From: Chitinophagales bacterium
Lineage (GTDB): Bacteria > Bacteroidota > Bacteroidia > Chitinophagales > JANQFB01
DNA: 50,745 nucleotides
Assembly: GCA_028278085.1 (NCBI GenBank)
Contig: JANQFB010000325.1
Location: 1-50,745 of the forward strand
Direction of reading: 5' to 3'
Shown here: piece after piece, positions 46,271 to 50,745 of the stretch
Numbering within the stretch: the first letter of the stretch is position 1
How the letters are laid out: every line of letters starts with the position of its first letter
Notes under the pieces: generated by a model
Seen by the model: the letters and a program-made list of their open reading frames with translations, nothing else
The model's database searches: none
Told to the model about the DNA's origin: nothing
Translations under genes and position numbers: made by a program

Positions 46271-47614
46271 ATGGGCAAATCGAAAAAACTCGCGATTCTG
46301 GGCGCCGGCGAAAGTGGTGTTGGCGCTGCGATCCTGGCTAAGAAGATGGGCTATGAGGTATGGGTGTCAGATAAAGGTAAAGTTGCCGGGAAATATGCCA
46401 AAGCGCTGGTGGAGCATGGCATTGATTGGGAGGAAGGAACTCATACCCTCGACAGGATATTATCTGCCGATGAGGTGGTCAAAAGCCCCGGGATCCCGGA
46501 TGATATTGACCTGATCAAACGGATCCGCGGGAAGGGTATTCCGGTGATATCGGAAATTGAATTTGCCGGCAGGCATACCAGCGCCACTACGATCGCTATT
46601 ACCGGTAGTAACGGCAAAACCACCACCACCACGCTTACGCATAGCCTTTTGAAGAATGCCGGATTAGATGTAGGCCTGGTCGGTAATATCGGCTTCAGTT
46701 TTGCCCGGCAAGTCGCGGAAAAAGACCATGAATACTATGTCATCGAAATGAGCAGCTTTCAGCTCGACGGGATCGCTGACTTTGCACCGGATGTAGCCGT
46801 TTTGCTCAACATCACCCCTGATCACCTGGACCGCTACGACTATCAGCTCGACCGCTATGTGGATTCGAAATTCCGGATCACCCAAAATCAAACCGACAAT
46901 CAATATTTCATTTACTGCCTGGACGATCAGTTGATCACCTCCCGGCTCCAACAAACCAATATAACAGCCAAATGCCTTCCCTTTTCACAGTACCAGGTGT
47001 TAGCGGAAGGCGCATGGATAGAAGACCAAAAATTGATCATCAACCTAAAAAAAAAACGATTTGAGATGTTTATTTATGATCTAGCTTTGCAAGGACGCCA
47101 TAACCTGTACAATTCCATGGCCGCAGGAATTGTAGCCCGCATTTTCGATCTCCGGAAGGACGGGATCAGGGAAAGTCTGAAAAATTTTCAAAACCTCGAA
47201 CACCGACTCGAATTTGTGGCCAAAGTGCACGGCATAGAATTTATCAACGACTCCAAAGCCACCAATGTTAATTCCACATGGTTTGCCCTCGAAACCATGG
47301 ATAAGCCCGTGGTGTGGATCGTGGGTGGAGTCGATAAGGGCAACGACTACGCCTCCCTGGTGCCCTTGGTCAAGAAAAGTGTCAAAATGATCATATGCCT
47401 GGGTAATGATAACCGCAAGATCCATGAAGCGTTTTCCCGCCATGTCGACCTGATCGTAAACACCGGCAGCGCCCAGGAGGCCGTAAAAGTATCCTATCAT
47501 TTTGCGCAGAAAGGCGATGTGGTATTGTTGTCGCCGGCTTGCGCCAGCTTCGATCTGTTCGAGAATTACCAGGACAGGGGCTGGCAATTTAAAAATGCGG
47601 TTAAAGCTTTATAA
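46271..47614 (+). CDS. murD: UDP-MurNAc-L-Ala:D-Glu ligase
   Basis: GAGESG, KSPGIP, TGSNGKTTT, EMSSFQL, NDSKATN, LSPACASFD. Confidence 0.97.
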   Translation: MGKSKKLAILGAGESGVGAAILAKKMGYEVWVSDKGKVAGKYAKALVEHGIDWEEGTHTLDRILSADEVVKSPGIPDDIDLIKRIRGKGIPVISEIEFAGRHTSATTIAITGSNGKTTTTTLTHSLLKNAGLDVGLVGNIGFSFARQVAEKDHEYYVIEMSSFQLDGIADFAPDVAVLLNITPDHLDRYDYQLDRYVDSKFRITQNQTDNQYFIYCLDDQLITSRLQQTNITAKCLPFSQYQVLAEGAWIEDQKLIINLKKKRFEMFIYDLALQGRHNLYNSMAAGIVARIFDLRKDGIRESLKNFQNLEHRLEFVAKVHGIEFINDSKATNVNSTWFALETMDKPVVWIVGGVDKGNDYASLVPLVKKSVKMIICLGNDNRKIHEAFSRHVDLIVNTGSAQEAVKVSYHFAQKGDVVLLSPACASFDLFENYQDRGWQFKNAVKAL

Positions 47615-47638
47615 GGCTAAAATAAGAGAAACAAGCCG

Positions 47639-48805
47639 ATGGATTGGGTATTCAATAAAGTCAAAGGTGACCGGACGATCTGGTTGATCGTACTGCTGCT
47701 GTCATTATTCTCCTTGTTGGCGGTATATAGTTCTTCCGGCACCCTGGCGTATAAATATAAATCAGGGAATACCGAATACTATTTGCTCAAACATTTTTTA
47801 CTGATCGTTTTTGGTTTGGGCATCATGTACCTGGCCCATTTGGTGAATCATCAATACTATTCCCGGATCGCACAGGTTTTGCTTTACCTGTCGATACCTT
47901 TGTTATTCATTACCTTGTTGTTCGGAACCGATATCAACGAAGCCAAAAGATGGATCACCCTTCCGTTGATCAATGTATCGTTTCAAACCTCCGACCTGGC
48001 CAAGCTGGCGCTGATCATGTATACGGCCCGGTTGCTTTCCCGCAAGCAGGCATGGATCAAAACCTTCCGGCATGCTTTTATACCGATCATGATCCCGACC
48101 TTATTGGTTTGCAGCCTGATCGCACCGGCAGATCTTTCCACGGCAGCCATTTTATTCCTGACCTGTCTCTTGCTGATGTTTATCGGCCGTATCAACCTGA
48201 AATACATATTTATCATGGTCGGTTCGGCAGTAACCATATTGGCCATCTTCATTGCCATAGCGGTAAATCTGCCCAACCAGGGGAGGGTAGAGACCTGGGA
48301 AAACAGGATCAAAAGCTTTATGAACGACGACCGCGGCTCATACCAGGTGCAGCAGGCCAAGATCGCTATAGCCTCGGGAGGTGTTATCGGAAAGGGGCCG
48401 GGGAACAGTACCCAGCGTAATTTTTTACCCCATCCGTATTCCGATTTTATATATGCCATCATTATCGAGGAATATGGTATGGCAGGTGGAATTTTGCTGA
48501 TTGCCTTGTATATGCTGTTATTGCTGCGATCCGTCAAAATTGTACTGAAATGCCCGAGAGCGTTCGGTGCCTTGCTGGCGGTCGGTTTAAGTCTTAGTTT
48601 GGTGATCCAGGCCATGATCAATATGGCTGTTACCGTTAACCTCCTGCCGGTTACGGGGTTACCGCTGCCGCTGGTCAGCATGGGGGGAACATCCCTCTGG
48701 TTTACCAGCCTGGCTATCGGGATCATCCTGAGTATCAGCAGAAATGTAGAAGAACTGGAAACAGAAGAAGCGCAATTAAACTATGCATCACAAAGTCATT
48801 ATTAG
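47639..48805 (+). CDS. ftsW: SEDS peptidoglycan polymerase FtsW
   Basis: About ten TM helices; AKRWI, FQTSDLAK, SDFIYAIIIEEYG, LPLVSMGGTS. Confidence 0.95.
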   Translation: MDWVFNKVKGDRTIWLIVLLLSLFSLLAVYSSSGTLAYKYKSGNTEYYLLKHFLLIVFGLGIMYLAHLVNHQYYSRIAQVLLYLSIPLLFITLLFGTDINEAKRWITLPLINVSFQTSDLAKLALIMYTARLLSRKQAWIKTFRHAFIPIMIPTLLVCSLIAPADLSTAAILFLTCLLLMFIGRINLKYIFIMVGSAVTILAIFIAIAVNLPNQGRVETWENRIKSFMNDDRGSYQVQQAKIAIASGGVIGKGPGNSTQRNFLPHPYSDFIYAIIIEEYGMAGGILLIALYMLLLLRSVKIVLKCPRAFGALLAVGLSLSLVIQAMINMAVTVNLLPVTGLPLPLVSMGGTSLWFTSLAIGIILSISRNVEELETEEAQLNYASQSHY

Positions 48806-49886
48806 TGGTGGCGGAACCGGTGGACATGTATTTCCGGCTATTGCAATTGCCCACGCCTTGAAAAAACAGGATCAGGAGATGGAAATATTATTTATCGGGG
48901 CGAAAGGAAAAATGGAAATGGAAAAGGTGCCGGCGGCCGGCTATCCGATCAAAGGCTTATGGATCAGTGGATTTCAAAGAAATATGAGTATTCGGAACTT
49001 AATGTTCCCCTTTAAAGTAGTGTCGAGCTTGATACGTGCAAACAATATGATCAATGATTTTAAGCCGGATGCCGTTGTCGGTGTGGGAGGCTATTCCAGT
49101 GGTCCGGTGGTATATATGGCCTCGAAAAAAAAGATCCCCACTTTGATACAGGAACAAAATTCCTATGCCGGGGTAACCAATAAAATATTAGCCCCGAGAG
49201 TCGATAAGGCTTGTGTGGCCTATGATCATATGGAGCGATATTTTCCGGCACATAAGATCATTCATACCGGCAACCCGGTTCGGGATACTATCGCCAATAT
49301 GCAGGTATCCGATGCTGAAAGCCTTGAATATTTCGGATTGCGGGATAAGGGCCCAACTATCCTGGCGATCGGCGGCAGTTTGGGCGCACGCACCATTAAC
49401 CAGAGTATTGTCAGGTACCTGGATAAGATCCTGGATGCCGGGGTATCCCTGATCTGGCAAACCGGTAAGCCATTTTTTGAAGAAGCCAAGCAAGTGGCCG
49501 GGGATCATGACCGGATCAAGGTTTTTGATTTTATCGACCGGATGGATCATGCCTATACCGCTGCGGATGTTATCTTGTCGAGGGCCGGAGCCATTGCCGT
49601 TTCCGAGCTGGCCATTGTGGGAAAGGCGGTTATCCTGGTGCCCTATCCCTACGCGGCAGAGGATCACCAGGCCAAAAATGCCCAGGCATTGGTCGATAAG
49701 GGGGCGGCCCTGATGTTCCGTGATGACGAAAGCACCGAAAAACTGATACCTGCCGCTTTGGAGCTATTGTCAGACAGCGGGAGGCGCCAACAATTGGGAG
49801 CGGCCATCAGGCAACTGGCCATCACCGACGCTGCCGACCGTATAGCCGCGGAAGTCCTTGACCTGGTACTACGCCGGTCGGCATGA
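48783..49886 (+). CDS. murG: Undecaprenyl-PP-MurNAc-pentapeptide GlcNAc transferase
   Basis: GGGTGGHVFP, QEQNS, GNPVR, GGSLGA, HQAKNA. Confidence 0.97.
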   Translation: MHHKVIISGGGTGGHVFPAIAIAHALKKQDQEMEILFIGAKGKMEMEKVPAAGYPIKGLWISGFQRNMSIRNLMFPFKVVSSLIRANNMINDFKPDAVVGVGGYSSGPVVYMASKKKIPTLIQEQNSYAGVTNKILAPRVDKACVAYDHMERYFPAHKIIHTGNPVRDTIANMQVSDAESLEYFGLRDKGPTILAIGGSLGARTINQSIVRYLDKILDAGVSLIWQTGKPFFEEAKQVAGDHDRIKVFDFIDRMDHAYTAADVILSRAGAIAVSELAIVGKAVILVPYPYAAEDHQAKNAQALVDKGAALMFRDDESTEKLIPAALELLSDSGRRQQLGAAIRQLAITDAADRIAAEVLDLVLRRSA

Positions 49887-49903
49887 ATCGTTAAGCATAA
49901 CGG

Positions 49904-50745
49904 ATGGATCAGCATAAGCACATATATTTCATCGGTATTGGCGGCATAGGGATGAGCGCCATAGCCCGGTATTTCAAAGGCAAGGGATATTCGGTGAGCG
50001 GTTATGACCGGGTGGAAACGCCGCTGACCCAAAGCTTACAGGAGGAGGGGATGGATATTCATTACCGTGACGATCCGGCCTTGGTACCTACCGACAGCCC
50101 CTTTGTCATTTATACACCGGCCATTCCCGACGATCACCTGGAACTGAGCCATTGCCGGGAAATGAAATATACCTTGAAGAAGCGCTCCCAAGTGCTGGGT
50201 GATATCACCAATGATATGTATGGTATTGCGGTAGCCGGTTCCCATGGAAAGACCACTGTCTCTGCGATGATAACCCATTTGCTGCACTGCGCCGGTATGG
50301 AACCGACCGCATTTTTAGGGGGAATTGCCCTCAACTTCCGCTCCAATTTTGTTCCGGGCCGGTCGGATCTTGCTGTTGTAGAAGCAGATGAATACGATCG
50401 CTCGTTTCTGCGATTATATCCCAAATTGGCAGTAGTTACGGCCATAGATTCCGATCACCTGGATATTTACGGGAATACCGGCACGTTGGAAAAAGCTTTT
50501 CTCGAATTTGCCGGCCAGATCCATTCGGAGGGCACCCTGATCCATAACCACCGGTTGACGCAGTTCGATGCATTACCGGAGCTAAAAAAGATCTCCTATC
50601 ATTTGGATGATCCTGAGGCTGACTATTATACCAACAATCTCCGGGTCACGGAAGGCGCCTATCGTTTCGATATCGAAACACCCGGCGGTATGCTGGAGGA
50701 GCTAACCTTTAATATCGGAGGCTTGCATAACATCGAAAATGTGGT
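49904..50745 (+). CDS. murC: UDP-MurNAc:L-alanine ligase, truncated by the window end (absent from the ORF track)
   Basis: ATG 49904 reads MDQHKHIYFIGIGGIGMSAIARYF...AVAGSHGKTT...VVEADEYDRSFL...DHLDIY. Confidence 0.95.
   Translation, partial: MDQHKHIYFIGIGGIGMSAIARYFKGKGYSVSGYDRVETPLTQSLQEEGMDIHYRDDPALVPTDSPFVIYTPAIPDDHLELSHCREMKYTLKKRSQVLGDITNDMYGIAVAGSHGKTTVSAMITHLLHCAGMEPTAFLGGIALNFRSNFVPGRSDLAVVEADEYDRSFLRLYPKLAVVTAIDSDHLDIYGNTGTLEKAFLEFAGQIHSEGTLIHNHRLTQFDALPELKKISYHLDDPEADYYTNNLRVTEGAYRFDIETPGGMLEELTFNIGGLHNIENV

Overview
Chromosomal window from a Bacteroidota bacterium, judged from T9SS C-terminal domains, TAnnTTTG -7 promoters and a dcw cluster lacking murF. The left 25 kb is accessory and signalling DNA. 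It holds a PIN toxin-antitoxin pair, an SGNH/TPR hydrolase, three paralogous TPR-TM-PP2C (SpoIIE) sensor phosphatases, an AraC regulator, an ABC exporter and T9SS cargo. It also holds a TPR-CHAT (caspase-like) protease / ECF sigma / TPR anti-sigma / secreted metalloprotease locus, in which the same promoter-like motif precedes both the CHAT gene and the protease gene. Positions 25721-32051 are a 6.3-kb AT-rich element integrated at the 3' end of tRNA-Glu(TTC), with 23-bp att repeats and paired TGTCCCC arm-like sites. It encodes a tyrosine integrase, an HTH excisionase, a rolling-circle-type Rep, an XRE regulator and a small-terminase-like protein but no capsid or conjugation genes, so it looks like a minimal phage satellite. 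Two candidate RNA devices lie inside it: an antisense RNA plus coupled leader peptide in front of rep, and a ~175-nt G.U-rich rod hairpin with a mutually exclusive terminator-like fold. A family of ~27-bp REP-like stem-loops sits in frame at the same loop of all three PP2C genes and also next to the tRNA 5' end. The right 18 kb is mostly housekeeping: gap, pgk, a patatin, TPR and T9SS proteins, then mraZ-rsmH-ftsL-ftsI-murE-mraY-murD-ftsW-murG-murC (murC truncated). All calls come from motif reading by eye; no database searches or folding programs were run.
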